From: Victivallaceae bacterium
GTDB lineage: Bacteria > Verrucomicrobiota > Lentisphaeria > Victivallales > Victivallaceae
NCBI GenBank assembly: GCA_045596885.1
Contig: JAZODE010000147.1
Coordinates: forward strand, 465-64,464
Reading direction: 5' to 3'
Length of the DNA stretch: 64,000 nucleotides
Of the stretch, positions 20,401 through 28,642 are shown piece after piece; position 1 is the first letter of the stretch; the number at the start of each line of letters is the position of its first letter. The position numbers were made by a program, and so were the translations under genes. The notes beneath the pieces were generated by a model that was given only the letters and a program-made list of their open reading frames with translations, searched no databases and had not been told where the DNA came from.

Positions 20401-20577
20401 ATTACAAGAACTCTCAATTACAACAAAGAAGCTCTTGCTCTCGGTAAACGCTGCAGCGTTGCTGAATTGGGACTTGTCAATGGTAAATACCCCCCGTGGA
20501 AGATCACGGACTTTATCAGCAACAATCCGGAACTCTTGAAAAAGAACATTGGACTTAAACCAGAGGCATTCAAATGA
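17476..20577 (+). CDS. Secreted protein with two right-handed beta-helix regions and a central FN3-like (purple-acid-phosphatase N-terminal type) domain
   Basis: Signal peptide MKKYILLLLLAALSLGAAEL. The ATG at 17476 overlaps the upstream stop (ATGA). Repeated beta-helix-type segments and an FN3-like segment (VNIEWWTD...GLRPGKKYYFYV). Confidence 0.8.
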   Translation: MKKYILLLLLAALSLGAAELFVGPQAQYKTILSGIKAMKPGDTLTILPGVYRESIEFANLGSKDKITTIRAKYPGTVLLKGDKEAPPFKLLPGTRFTYVTDWSGNVNAVNEKDTFKILLPAATLRDLEFTRSRYFYDAKNRKLYISSSDGKAPSEHFYTISVIKANALYLQKPVNVVIDGLMVTGYYAHEKLNGMSSSAYAIRLNHPINSTVRNCSAFFNANGIHIGHGDGGTIDRCTTFANGSYNPSSGGGLVVWCPAKNATIKNSLSFYSAKPGGPIGIRIYGADAVNCKIENCISFGDEATAIKARNINSWIINSYSQNGLHSNNILNCAAAYVNAFGKEDNLLRVDKIRKSEHDSRFADPENYDYRPQEGAAEKTRGLKEDKKLFFVSPFGKDSNSGRSVRNAWRTLKNVPANATVYLLPGAYAGTVITKSGITLRSRGNGQRAVFTSSLTVKGSKVTLRDINFIGGKVLISGADARVEGCGFAVPLQITGKLPTVIHNAFLQKSVLPRETVFHSNLTPDTKPQPQYVNAQGGDFTVKNFTAFAGRGFDGLPVGPYRLSRSAKPTAVVGPFIRSMSPSTVNIEWWTDKSDVSSELRWGADPTCGKRVGSFWNGGSYHCATLTGLRPGKKYYFYVASRTPLREIHSNQELDLQDEFKARELVKTSIQEFTLPAKAKRSAAEFFVSVNGSDKNTGSKAKPFRTIFHALDQAVAGDTVTILPGVYREGVRFRAGGDKNAPLTLRAAKPGTVVIDGFQKIPTAITLENVSNVVIDGLTFREICDTTGACIKINGSENITIRRCFQDGRSLSYTPVMVAAYGTKGLTLENCVIIRGFSGATFYRCSDVVVRNCVWYVNQIRHLYAHSHPEEKILLENNIIVDNIPGKHSEALVSVYHIEALTMRNNAFYLRMPQQFRAIVSYTRKDGNLARQKCNLEMFRKAGGNITGTIFADPRFKFLPKGLLMFTTPPELTQASITRTLNYNKEALALGKRCSVAELGLVNGKYPPWKITDFISNNPELLKKNIGLKPEAFK

Positions 20578-21578
20578 AAATCCCCACCATACAATTTGTT
20601 GAAAAAGGCAAAGCCGCCCTCACAGAAACAGAGTTTGTCTGCGAAGCAGGACCGGGAGAGGTGCTGTTGAAAACAGAGTGTACACTGATCTCTCCCGGAA
20701 CGGAGTTCGCATGTCTCAATGGCAACACCAATCGCGGTACAGTAAAATTCCCCATGACATTGGGGTACAGTGCTGTGGCAAGAGTCCTTGAAACAGGGGC
20801 AGGTGTCACAGAATTCCACCCCGGCGACCGCTGTTTGTGCTATCACACCGGCCACAGAAGCTATCAGCGCTGCCCGGCAGAAAAGGTGGTCAAGATCGAA
20901 AGCGATACCCTGCCTTCAGAAGAGGCTGTTTTCTGTGTGGTAGGCTGTATGGGATTCCAGGGTGTCCGCCGCTGCCGTCCTGAGTTCGGGGAATCCATGA
21001 TGGTCATGGGTCTGGGACTTCTGGGACAGTTTGCAGTGCAGACTGCCCGGCAATCAGGGATCTTCCCTCTCATCGCCCTTGACTTTGCCCCCAAACGGCG
21101 TGCTCTTGCTCTTGAGTCCGGCGCCGACTATGCCTTTTCACCCGATGATCCCGAGCTGGAGCAGAAGATCCGTGCTCTCACGGGTGAAGGCTGTAACAGT
21201 GTCATTGAAATCACCGGCAATCCTCAGGCGGTGATCCAGGGACTGACCCTGACCGCTCCCGGCGGCAGGATCTCTCTGGTAGGCTGTTCAAGGACGGCGA
21301 CTGAAAAGGTGGACTTCTACAATCTGGTCCACCGCCCCGGCATTTCTGTGCTGGGGGCGCACAACATGGCGCGCCCCGGTCACGACAATATGCCAGGTGT
21401 CTGGACCATGAAAAACGATATGAAGTGTCTGCTGCGCTTTATGGCATCTGGACGCTTGAAAAGCCGTCATCTCATTGATCTGAAGGCCGATCCCGCTGAG
21501 GCTCCCGGAATCTACACGCGTATCTACAACCGTGATCCTGAGCTTCTGGGTGTCGTCTTCGATTGGAGCGGTTATTGA
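20574..21578 (+). CDS. MDR-family (zinc-type alcohol dehydrogenase-like) oxidoreductase
   Basis: GroES-like plus Rossmann layout (VMGLGLLG). The start overlaps the upstream stop (ATGA). The usual GHE zinc motif is replaced by GYS. Confidence 0.75.
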   Translation: MKIPTIQFVEKGKAALTETEFVCEAGPGEVLLKTECTLISPGTEFACLNGNTNRGTVKFPMTLGYSAVARVLETGAGVTEFHPGDRCLCYHTGHRSYQRCPAEKVVKIESDTLPSEEAVFCVVGCMGFQGVRRCRPEFGESMMVMGLGLLGQFAVQTARQSGIFPLIALDFAPKRRALALESGADYAFSPDDPELEQKIRALTGEGCNSVIEITGNPQAVIQGLTLTAPGGRISLVGCSRTATEKVDFYNLVHRPGISVLGAHNMARPGHDNMPGVWTMKNDMKCLLRFMASGRLKSRHLIDLKADPAEAPGIYTRIYNRDPELLGVVFDWSGY

Positions 21579-21650
21579 AAAAACAGTACGGGAGATGCCC
21601 TGCAATTTTTTATTTCAGGGAATCTCCCCCATAAATACCTCAAAGTTCAA

Positions 21651-22511
21651 ATGACTCCTGCCATCACCCCTTACGATTTGACAAAGTTCAAGGAACTCAT
21701 TCCTTTGCTCATGCGCTGTTTCCCTGATTTCTGGACGCCCCGTCTGGCAGAAGGGAAGCATTCATTTCCCTACGATCTTGATTTGTTTGCCGCCCGTCTT
21801 GAAGGCGAACTCATGGGGTGTATCGGCGTTCATGAATACAAATTTCTCTTTGACAACACAGTTCTTTCCTGCGGCGGTGTCTGCGATGTGGCAGTAGATC
21901 CGGACCACCGGGGCAAAGGGTATGCCGTGCTGCTGCAGGAGTTTTTCATGGAATATTGTCAGAAAAACTACCCGATGACCTCCCTTATGCCCCTTTACAC
22001 CGGGAAACCCGGAGTCTATCTCAAGCAGGGATGGGAAATCTATGAGTCAGACAGGAGCCGTGAAATCAAAACGGAAGATTTTCCTCTCAAAGAGGGATTC
22101 CGTTTTGATTACCGCCAGCTTTCGTTCTCCTGTCTCCGGGGTGAAAAAGCCCCCGGCAACAAAGAAGAAGAGCGGGCAAAGGGTATTATGGAAATTTATC
22201 TTGCCGGAAAAAAATTCAACGGCAAATGTATGCGTTCCGCAAAGACCTGGTGGGAACTTTTTGCTGACGCCGGACACATCTGGCGTCTTGAAGATGAAAC
22301 ATACTTTCTCTACCGGGAAGGAGTACTCCTTGAAGCCTACTCTGCCGATCCCGACTCCCGTGTTTCTGCTTTCACCCCCAAACACGGAGGCTTTGAGGTG
22401 GATAACAAACTCATGGTGAATCTTCCCCGCACCGGCATTGAAACAGATCAAAAGATCGCTCAGGCTCTGAAAGAAGGTTCTCTCATTTTCCCGGCGCCCG
22501 ATATCTTCTGA
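21651..22511 (+). CDS. GNAT-family N-acetyltransferase (Eis-like architecture)
   Basis: Acetyl-CoA motif VAVDPDHRGKGYAVLL. 286 aa with a C-terminal extension. Confidence 0.7.
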   Translation: MTPAITPYDLTKFKELIPLLMRCFPDFWTPRLAEGKHSFPYDLDLFAARLEGELMGCIGVHEYKFLFDNTVLSCGGVCDVAVDPDHRGKGYAVLLQEFFMEYCQKNYPMTSLMPLYTGKPGVYLKQGWEIYESDRSREIKTEDFPLKEGFRFDYRQLSFSCLRGEKAPGNKEEERAKGIMEIYLAGKKFNGKCMRSAKTWWELFADAGHIWRLEDETYFLYREGVLLEAYSADPDSRVSAFTPKHGGFEVDNKLMVNLPRTGIETDQKIAQALKEGSLIFPAPDIF

Positions 22512-22514
22512 GAA

Positions 22515-23195
22515 TCACTGCATCAGACTGCGGTAAGAATTTTTGGTGACGATCAGATGATCCAGCAGTTTGATATCTAAAATGTCAAGGCAGTTGTAAA
22601 TTTTCTGAGTAAAGGCAATATCTGCACGGGAAGGCTTATCATCTCCTGAAGGATGATTGTGTACCAATATCACGCCCACAGCATGATAGTACAGCGCCTT
22701 TGCAGCAACTTCCCGGGGAACGACTGTGACGCTGTTGACTGTGCCGGTATGTTCCCAGATACCGTTGATCTTTCTGCCGGAATCCAGAAAAAAGATCATC
22801 AGAGTTTCTTTTTTGCTGCTGCCAAGTTTGGTCTGCAGATAAAGGACAGCCGCTTCGGAATTTTCAAGAAAAGGGCGGTCAGCGACTTTTTCATAACAGA
22901 CAAAGGTCATAAACTCCCGCAAAAAAGAAAGATCAACAGCTATACGCTCAGTCAATCCGAAATTTTGCAGACTTTCTGTTCCTGCTTCAAGTATGCCGGT
23001 AACAGAACCATAATGCTCCAGCAAAGATTTGGCTATGGGTTTGACATCACGCTGAGGATAGAGGAGAAAGAGTAAATATTCCAGCTTCTCATAATCCTGC
23101 AGAGCAGCCATACCATCTTTCACAAAACGCGCCCGCAATCTGGAACGATGTCCCTGCCGTTGCTTCGCGAGCAATTTCTCATCTGGTTTCCGCAT
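22515..23195 (-). CDS. radC: RadC-family JAB-domain protein
   Basis: JAMM motif HNHPSGDDKPSRADIAFT and an N-terminal HhH-like region. Confidence 0.9.
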   Translation of the reverse strand: MRKPDEKLLAKQRQGHRSRLRARFVKDGMAALQDYEKLEYLLFLLYPQRDVKPIAKSLLEHYGSVTGILEAGTESLQNFGLTERIAVDLSFLREFMTFVCYEKVADRPFLENSEAAVLYLQTKLGSSKKETLMIFFLDSGRKINGIWEHTGTVNSVTVVPREVAAKALYYHAVGVILVHNHPSGDDKPSRADIAFTQKIYNCLDILDIKLLDHLIVTKNSYRSLMQ

Positions 23196-23300
23196 TATAT
23201 TTCCTTAAGACCTTTGTCTTTAATCTTGACACCTGAAACCCAGCTTCCTTTTTCGATATTCTCTGATTTCAAGCATTTCCTTCACATCCTGACCTCAACT

Positions 23301-23329
23301 AATATAATCCCTTTGCCCCATTTTGTCAA
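23301..23329 (-). promoter_or_regulatory. Putative radC promoter
   Basis: Minus strand TTGACA, 17 nt, TATATT (perfect -35). Confidence 0.6.
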
Positions 23330-23367
23330 ATCAAATGGAGAATTCTTCCGGTATAACGCTTTTTCCA

Positions 23368-23396
23368 TTGAAAAAAACTTGAGAAAATGGTATATT
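23368..23396 (+). promoter_or_regulatory. Putative promoter of the MATE transporter gene
   Basis: TTGAAA, 17 nt, TATATT. The -10 directly abuts the ATG at 23397, which argues for the downstream start at 23439. Confidence 0.55.
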
Positions 23397-23438
23397 ATGA
23401 AATCGTCCAAACAACAATATCTTTTTCCGGAGTTTTCT

Positions 23439-24824
23439 ATGTCCATCAACCGCTACAATATGGATATGTGCAACGGTCCTCTTCTGGGGAAAATGATCCG
23501 TTACGCCATTCCTTTGGCAATCACCTATATCCTTCAGCTCACATTCCACGCTGCCGACTTGATCATCATCGGTAATTTCGGCAGTTATGAATCGATGGCA
23601 TCCATCGGCACCACGGCGGATCTTATCAATTTAATGGTCAACATGCTGGTGGGGATCTCTGTAGGAGCCAATATCCTTGCGGCACAGTATTACGGAGCAA
23701 AGGACAGAAAAAAGCTGAGCCGTACCATCCACACTTCCATGTGTTTTGCCCTGTGGGGCGGTGTTTTAATCGGGATCTGCGGGATCCTTGGTTGCGTCTC
23801 TGCGCTGAAAATGATCCATGTGCCCGATGAAATATTGCCCAAGTCCGCTTTGTATATGCGGATCGTTTTCTGCGGACTCCCCTTCAGTATGATCTACAAT
23901 TTCGGCTGTTCCATTCTCCGTGCGGGGGGAGACACCCAGCGTCCTCTCTACTTCCTGATCGCAGCCGGTATCGTCAATGTGGTGCTCAACATACTTTTTG
24001 TTGCTGTTTTCAAATGGGATGTGGCTGGCGTTGCTGTCGCAACAGTGATTTCTCAGGGACTTTCAGCCTGGCTTGTCATCAGAGCAATGACCGGCGCCCG
24101 GGGAGCAAGCCGCCTTATCCTTAAAAACTTGCGTATCGACTGGCAGACTTTGAAGCGTCTCCTTGCTTTCGGAGTCCCGGCGGGAGTCCAGGGCATATTC
24201 TTTTCCATTTCCAACATCATTATCCAGGGAGCTATCAACACCTTCGGTTCTCAGGCAATGGCAGGCATGACAGCCACAGTCTGCATGGAGTGGCTGCTTT
24301 ACTCAGCTGTCCACTCGGCGCAGCAGACTACCATCGTCTTTGTGGGGCAGAACTTCGGTGCAGGGAAAAACGGCAGGATCATGCGCAGTTTGTGGATCGG
24401 ATTCGCCGGAGCCGCCCTCATCGGTCTGGTTCTCGGCGGGATCATGACCGCCGCCGGAAGAGTGCTTATGGGACTTTTCAATTCAGATCCCGCCGTTATT
24501 GCCTGGGGATTGAAGCGTATCAAAATCGTCTTTACCACCTATTTTCTCTGCGGACTTATGGATGTGGCGGCAGGCGGTCTGAGGGGACTGGGACACGCCA
24601 TTATCCCCACCGTTTCCGCCTTGCTCTTCGCCTGCGGGTTCCGGATCTTTTGGATCGAAACCGCCTTTGATGCCAACAGAACTATCGAAACCCTGGTCTG
24701 GGCATACCCCCTTTCCTGGATCATCACCGGTGCTGTCAACAGCATATTCCTTTACTGGTTCTGCCAGAAAATGCTGCAAAAAAACAACAGTTCCTCATCT
24801 TATGCAACGCTGAACAAAAATTGA
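23439..24824 (+). CDS. MATE-family multidrug/efflux transporter
   Basis: 12 TM helices and a MATE N-terminus (GPLLGKMIRYAIPLAITYILQ). The track ORF start at 23148 runs through the promoter region. Alternative ATG at 23397. Confidence 0.88.
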   Translation: MSINRYNMDMCNGPLLGKMIRYAIPLAITYILQLTFHAADLIIIGNFGSYESMASIGTTADLINLMVNMLVGISVGANILAAQYYGAKDRKKLSRTIHTSMCFALWGGVLIGICGILGCVSALKMIHVPDEILPKSALYMRIVFCGLPFSMIYNFGCSILRAGGDTQRPLYFLIAAGIVNVVLNILFVAVFKWDVAGVAVATVISQGLSAWLVIRAMTGARGASRLILKNLRIDWQTLKRLLAFGVPAGVQGIFFSISNIIIQGAINTFGSQAMAGMTATVCMEWLLYSAVHSAQQTTIVFVGQNFGAGKNGRIMRSLWIGFAGAALIGLVLGGIMTAAGRVLMGLFNSDPAVIAWGLKRIKIVFTTYFLCGLMDVAAGGLRGLGHAIIPTVSALLFACGFRIFWIETAFDANRTIETLVWAYPLSWIITGAVNSIFLYWFCQKMLQKNNSSSSYATLNKN

Positions 24825-24842
24825 TTTTCCGGAGAAATTTTT

Positions 24843-25700
24843 ATGCCTGAAACATTCACCTCCTTCTTCCGCCGCTGCGGCAGAGAAAGATTTGACGCCA
24901 TACTTTTTGACATCGACGGAACACTTTCCTCCGGTGTGCGTCCCCTCCCCGGGGCAAGGGAGCTGCTGCTTATGCTTGAGGCAGAACACTTTCCCTACAT
25001 ATTGCTCACCAACGACAGCTGCAACTCCCATGAAGAAAAAGCCGCCATACTCCGGGGCGGCAACATCCCTGTTACAGCAGAACGCATTTACTCCTGCGGA
25101 GATGTGTTGAAATACTGGAAAAAGGAGTCCCGTTACAACGGAAAACTCCTCTTTCAATGCGGCAAGCTGGGCAATCCCAGTTACGCTGTGCAAGCCGATA
25201 TCAATGTGACCACCGATCCCGCCCGGCTCCCTGAATGTAAGGGGGTGATCTTCGGAGAAGGCGCCTACGACTGGCAACCGGCTCTGGAGGGAGTTTTCAA
25301 CTTCTTCCTCGCCAATCCTCAGGCACCGCTGATCGTTGTCAATCCGGACAGTTACTGGCCCTCATGCACCCACAGCGGCATGGGGATCGGCAGCGGCGCT
25401 CAGGCACGGTTCATCTGTGCGGTCCTGAAGGACGCCGGGATCATTGTGGAGCCTCTTTACATCGGCAAGCCCTATCCCCCCATCTATCAGGGGATCATGG
25501 CTGAACTGACAGAACTGCTGGGCAAAAAGATCCTTCCGGAGCGGATCGCCATGGTGGGGGATTCTCTTGCTTCAGATATCAAAGGAGCCAACGCCAACAA
25601 ACTTTGCTCCTGCCTGGTTTTAAGCGGCATCACCACCCCGGAGCTGGCGGCACAGGCAACAGGTGAACGCCGCCCGGAAATGATATTTTCCGGGGTTTGA
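24843..25700 (+). CDS. HAD-superfamily hydrolase, subfamily IIA (NagD-like)
   Basis: Motif I FDIDGTL and C-terminal GDSLASDIKGA. Confidence 0.85.
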   Translation: MPETFTSFFRRCGRERFDAILFDIDGTLSSGVRPLPGARELLLMLEAEHFPYILLTNDSCNSHEEKAAILRGGNIPVTAERIYSCGDVLKYWKKESRYNGKLLFQCGKLGNPSYAVQADINVTTDPARLPECKGVIFGEGAYDWQPALEGVFNFFLANPQAPLIVVNPDSYWPSCTHSGMGIGSGAQARFICAVLKDAGIIVEPLYIGKPYPPIYQGIMAELTELLGKKILPERIAMVGDSLASDIKGANANKLCSCLVLSGITTPELAAQATGERRPEMIFSGV

Positions 25701-25732
25701 GAGCTTTTTTGCCGGAATTACCTGAAAAGAGG

Positions 25733-25760
25733 TTGACTTTTGCAGATAGTGTGGTATATT
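25733..25760 (+). promoter_or_regulatory. Putative promoter of the DtxR-family regulator gene
   Basis: TTGACT, 16 nt, TATATT with an upstream TGG (extended -10 like). Confidence 0.55.
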
Positions 25761-25799
25761 GTTTCAAGATGTATGATTCATTGAGTATGGGAGTATTTC

Positions 25800-26468
25800 A
25801 TGACCAAAAAACTTTCAGCAAGTTTGGAAGATTATCTTGAAGCGATCGCCGAACTTTGCGCCAACGAAGGACACGCTCACTCCAAAGAGATCGCGGAGAA
25901 ACTGAGCGTCAAGATGCCCTCCGTGACCGAAGCTCTGCGGCAGTTGGTGGATATGGGCTATATTATTTACAACACCCATTATCCGGTACAGCTGACCGCA
26001 ACAGGACGCGCCGTCGCAGAAGAGATCGTCAAGCGACACCAGGTGCTGACACGGTTTTTCTCGGACATATTGGGACTTACTCCCGCAAAGGCAGCTGACA
26101 CGGCTTGTCATCTGGAACATGTCGTTGATGAAGATACCATTGCCCGTTTTGTCATTTTTTCCGATGCCATCACCCAACGTTCCGATGCCGGTTCTCTTCA
26201 AATCCACCTGACGGAAGCCATAAGCAATCTGGCGTCACCCGATGCCGGGCGTTTCTGTACCTTGAAAGATCTTGCTGTGGGCGAAACCGCTGTCACAGAC
26301 CGTTTCAGCCGTAATTTGAGCAACCCTGAAAGTACCGGCATCGCTCCGGGAGATACCGTCGTACTTACGGGGATCTCTCTTGACAAAACCATTCTGAAAC
26401 TGACCGTCAACGGTACCCCTCTGGAACTTCCCTGCACCCTTGCAGAAAACATCTGGTGTAAGCGCTGA
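25800..26468 (+). CDS. DtxR/MntR-family metal-dependent transcriptional regulator with FeoA/SH3-like C-terminal domain
   Basis: N-terminal wHTH (LEDYLEAIAEL...SKEIAEKLSVKMPSVTEALRQL) and a C-terminal FeoA-like segment. Confidence 0.85.
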   Translation: MTKKLSASLEDYLEAIAELCANEGHAHSKEIAEKLSVKMPSVTEALRQLVDMGYIIYNTHYPVQLTATGRAVAEEIVKRHQVLTRFFSDILGLTPAKAADTACHLEHVVDEDTIARFVIFSDAITQRSDAGSLQIHLTEAISNLASPDAGRFCTLKDLAVGETAVTDRFSRNLSNPESTGIAPGDTVVLTGISLDKTILKLTVNGTPLELPCTLAENIWCKR

Positions 26469-26502
26469 TCCCCCTCCTCCTGAAAAGGCATCCCAAAAGA
26501 AA

Positions 26503-26541
26503 AAGCGTTCCGGCTCATTCCGGAACGCTTCAATATTTTTT
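26503..26541. terminator. Bidirectional rho-independent terminator between the DtxR-like gene and pta
   Basis: Perfect 11-bp stem aagcgttccgg / ccggaacgctt with loop ctcatt. A-run before and T-run after. Confidence 0.8.
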
Positions 26542-26589
26542 GAAAAGAAGAAATCTCCCTTCTGAGAAGATCTCCTCCTTCAATGCCAA

Positions 26590-27597
26590 TTACATGGACT
26601 GGCAGACAGTGATAACGATCTCACCGTAGATGTCGTCAGCAGAGCAACCGCGGGAAAGGTCGTTCAGCGGCATGGCAAGCCCCTGAAGAACAGGACCGTA
26701 AGCCTGAGCCTTGCCCAGACGCTGGACCAGCTTGTAGCAGATGTTTCCGGCGTTCAGGTCGGGGAAGATCAGAACATTTGCCTGTCCGGCAACAGCGCTG
26801 CCGGGAGCCTTGGCGGCACCGACACTGGGAACGATAGCGGCATCAGCCTGGAGCTCACCGTCGCAAAGGATATCCAGCTTCTCTTCAGCCACACGGCGGG
26901 CAAATTCAGCGGAGGCTTCGCGGATCTTGATCAGCAGATCATCTTCGGCGCTGCCCTTGGTGGAGAAGGAAAGGAAGGCGACTTTGGGAGTCTTGCCCAA
27001 AAGTGAACGGTAGGTCTTGGCAGTAGCCATGGCGATGTCAACCAGCTGGTTGGCATCGGGGTTGGGGATCACACCGCAGTCAGAGAACAGCAGAACATCG
27101 TCACCGGATTCGGTAGGTTCGGCAAGGTCCATGACAAAGGTGCTGCTGGCACTCTTGATGCCGGGGGCAGTACCGATGCAGTGGAACGCAGCACGGAGCA
27201 TGTCAGCGGTGGAAGCGATACTTCCGGCGACCAGACCGTCGGCAGCGCCGTTTTTGCACATCATGGCACCGAAATAGATGCGGTTGGACATCATCTTGAC
27301 AGCCTTCTCAAGCTCAAGGCCTTTGGCTTTGCGCTTTTCATAAAGCTGGTTGGCATATTCCTGGAGCAAAGGAGAAGCCATGTAATCAAGAGATTCAAAC
27401 TTGCGCTCGGCGACGCCTGCTTTGGCACAAGCTTCGGCGATTTCGGCTTCGGTTCCGAGGACGATGACCTTGCAGCAGACTTTTTCATCCATAGCCTTGT
27501 TGGCAGCGACAACAACGCGGGGGTCCTGACCTTCGGGCAGAACGATGGTGCGGGCCACAGAACGGGCGCGCTCGGCAAACTTTTCAATTGCAGACAT
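26590..27597 (-). CDS. pta: Phosphate acetyltransferase
   Basis: PTA_PTB domain (TIVLPEGQDPRVV, SDCGVIPNPD). Canonical start MSAIEKF at 27597. The track ORF extends to 27702 through the promoter. Confidence 0.93.
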   Translation of the reverse strand: MSAIEKFAERARSVARTIVLPEGQDPRVVVAANKAMDEKVCCKVIVLGTEAEIAEACAKAGVAERKFESLDYMASPLLQEYANQLYEKRKAKGLELEKAVKMMSNRIYFGAMMCKNGAADGLVAGSIASTADMLRAAFHCIGTAPGIKSASSTFVMDLAEPTESGDDVLLFSDCGVIPNPDANQLVDIAMATAKTYRSLLGKTPKVAFLSFSTKGSAEDDLLIKIREASAEFARRVAEEKLDILCDGELQADAAIVPSVGAAKAPGSAVAGQANVLIFPDLNAGNICYKLVQRLGKAQAYGPVLQGLAMPLNDLSRGCSADDIYGEIVITVCQSM

Positions 27598-27646
27598 TTT
27601 GTCTCTCCTTTTATTGAGAAAATTGTTTTGGAAAAGCAATGTGCTT

Positions 27647-27675
27647 AATATACAGCAGACAGGAGTTTTTTTCAA
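27647..27675 (-). promoter_or_regulatory. Putative pta promoter
   Basis: Minus strand TTGAAA, 17 nt, TATATT. Confidence 0.6.
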
Positions 27676-27703
27676 GTGATTTGCTGTCAAAAAACATTTC
27701 AAC

Positions 27704-27732
27704 TTGCAATGTCGGGCTGAAAAGATTATATT
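27704..27732 (+). promoter_or_regulatory. Putative promoter of the DA1-like peptidase gene
   Basis: TTGCAA, 17 nt, TATATT, followed by GGAGAGGAG and the ATG at 27765. Confidence 0.6.
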
Positions 27733-27764
27733 ATCAAAGTACTCAACGGAGAGGAGAAAATTCT

Positions 27765-28640
27765 ATGAAACAGCTGTTTATTCTTTTATTTTTGGGAATC
27801 GCATTTATTTTGCAGGCTGAAATCAAGATCTGCGCCCATTGCGGAAAAGGCTCCCGCTATATGCGTTATTCGGCGGAAAACCGCCATTTCTGCTCGGACA
27901 AGTGCGCCAGGGCAAAGTTCAGCTGTTCCAACTGCGGCATCATCCCCAAGGGGCGTTATATGATCATCATGGGGATGAATGGAGAACACAAGCGTTTCTG
28001 TTCCCGCTGCAGCAAACTGGAAAAATGTTTTTCCTGTTCCTTCCCCTCCGCCAGAGGGAAACATTTCTCAGACGGAAGATTCCAGTGTCTGCCATGCAGC
28101 AGAACATCTCTCAACAGCGAGCAAATGAAAATACTGCTGAGACAGCTCCGCAGCACACTGTCTGCTGTATATGGTTACGATGCCCGGCACCGCATCACTC
28201 TGCGTTTGGTCAACCGGAATGTGTTGCAAAAAATCGCAGGCTCCAAAGAGGTTATGGGCTGTATGAAAACTCAGGTCACGACCAAAGAGAGATTTGACGG
28301 ATTTTCCAAACAGGTAAAGAAAGAATGGCAATGTGTACTCTATATCCTTGACAGCCTGCCCCGGACTGCCGCTGCAAAAGTCATGGTCCATGAACTGACC
28401 CATGACTATCTTTATCACCACGCCGGGGCGGGAAAAAATCCCCGGATCACAGAAGGGATCTGTGAAGCAGTATCAGGCAGCTGGCTCTATCAGAATGGGT
28501 ACAAAGGATATTTTGACGCGATGCAAAAAAATCCCGACCCGGTGTACGGGGCGGGATTCAGACTTATTTTTCCGCAACTCAAACGCTACGGACTGTCGGG
28601 AGTGCTGGAGCGTTACCGCTCTTACTTCACTCCTTTTTAA
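27765..28640 (+). CDS. Secreted Cys-rich (LIM-like zinc finger) protein with DA1-like HExxH zinc-peptidase domain
   Basis: Signal peptide MKQLFILLFLGIAFILQA, repeated CxxC...CxxC pairs, an HELTH motif and a downstream EGICE segment. True start at 27765 with an SD; the track ORF starts at 27639. Confidence 0.7.
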   Translation: MKQLFILLFLGIAFILQAEIKICAHCGKGSRYMRYSAENRHFCSDKCARAKFSCSNCGIIPKGRYMIIMGMNGEHKRFCSRCSKLEKCFSCSFPSARGKHFSDGRFQCLPCSRTSLNSEQMKILLRQLRSTLSAVYGYDARHRITLRLVNRNVLQKIAGSKEVMGCMKTQVTTKERFDGFSKQVKKEWQCVLYILDSLPRTAAAKVMVHELTHDYLYHHAGAGKNPRITEGICEAVSGSWLYQNGYKGYFDAMQKNPDPVYGAGFRLIFPQLKRYGLSGVLERYRSYFTPF

Positions 28641-28642
28641 TT

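Noticed and set aside
23148-23438. N-terminal extensions in the ORF track. Examples are MATE from 23148, pta to 27702, the DA1-like gene from 27639, rsmG to 45130, lptF/G to 47718 and GH36-like to 11874.
   Set aside because: The extensions run through recognisable promoters or into neighbouring genes and lack homology-type sequence. Internal ATG or GTG codons with SD sequences give canonical N-termini.
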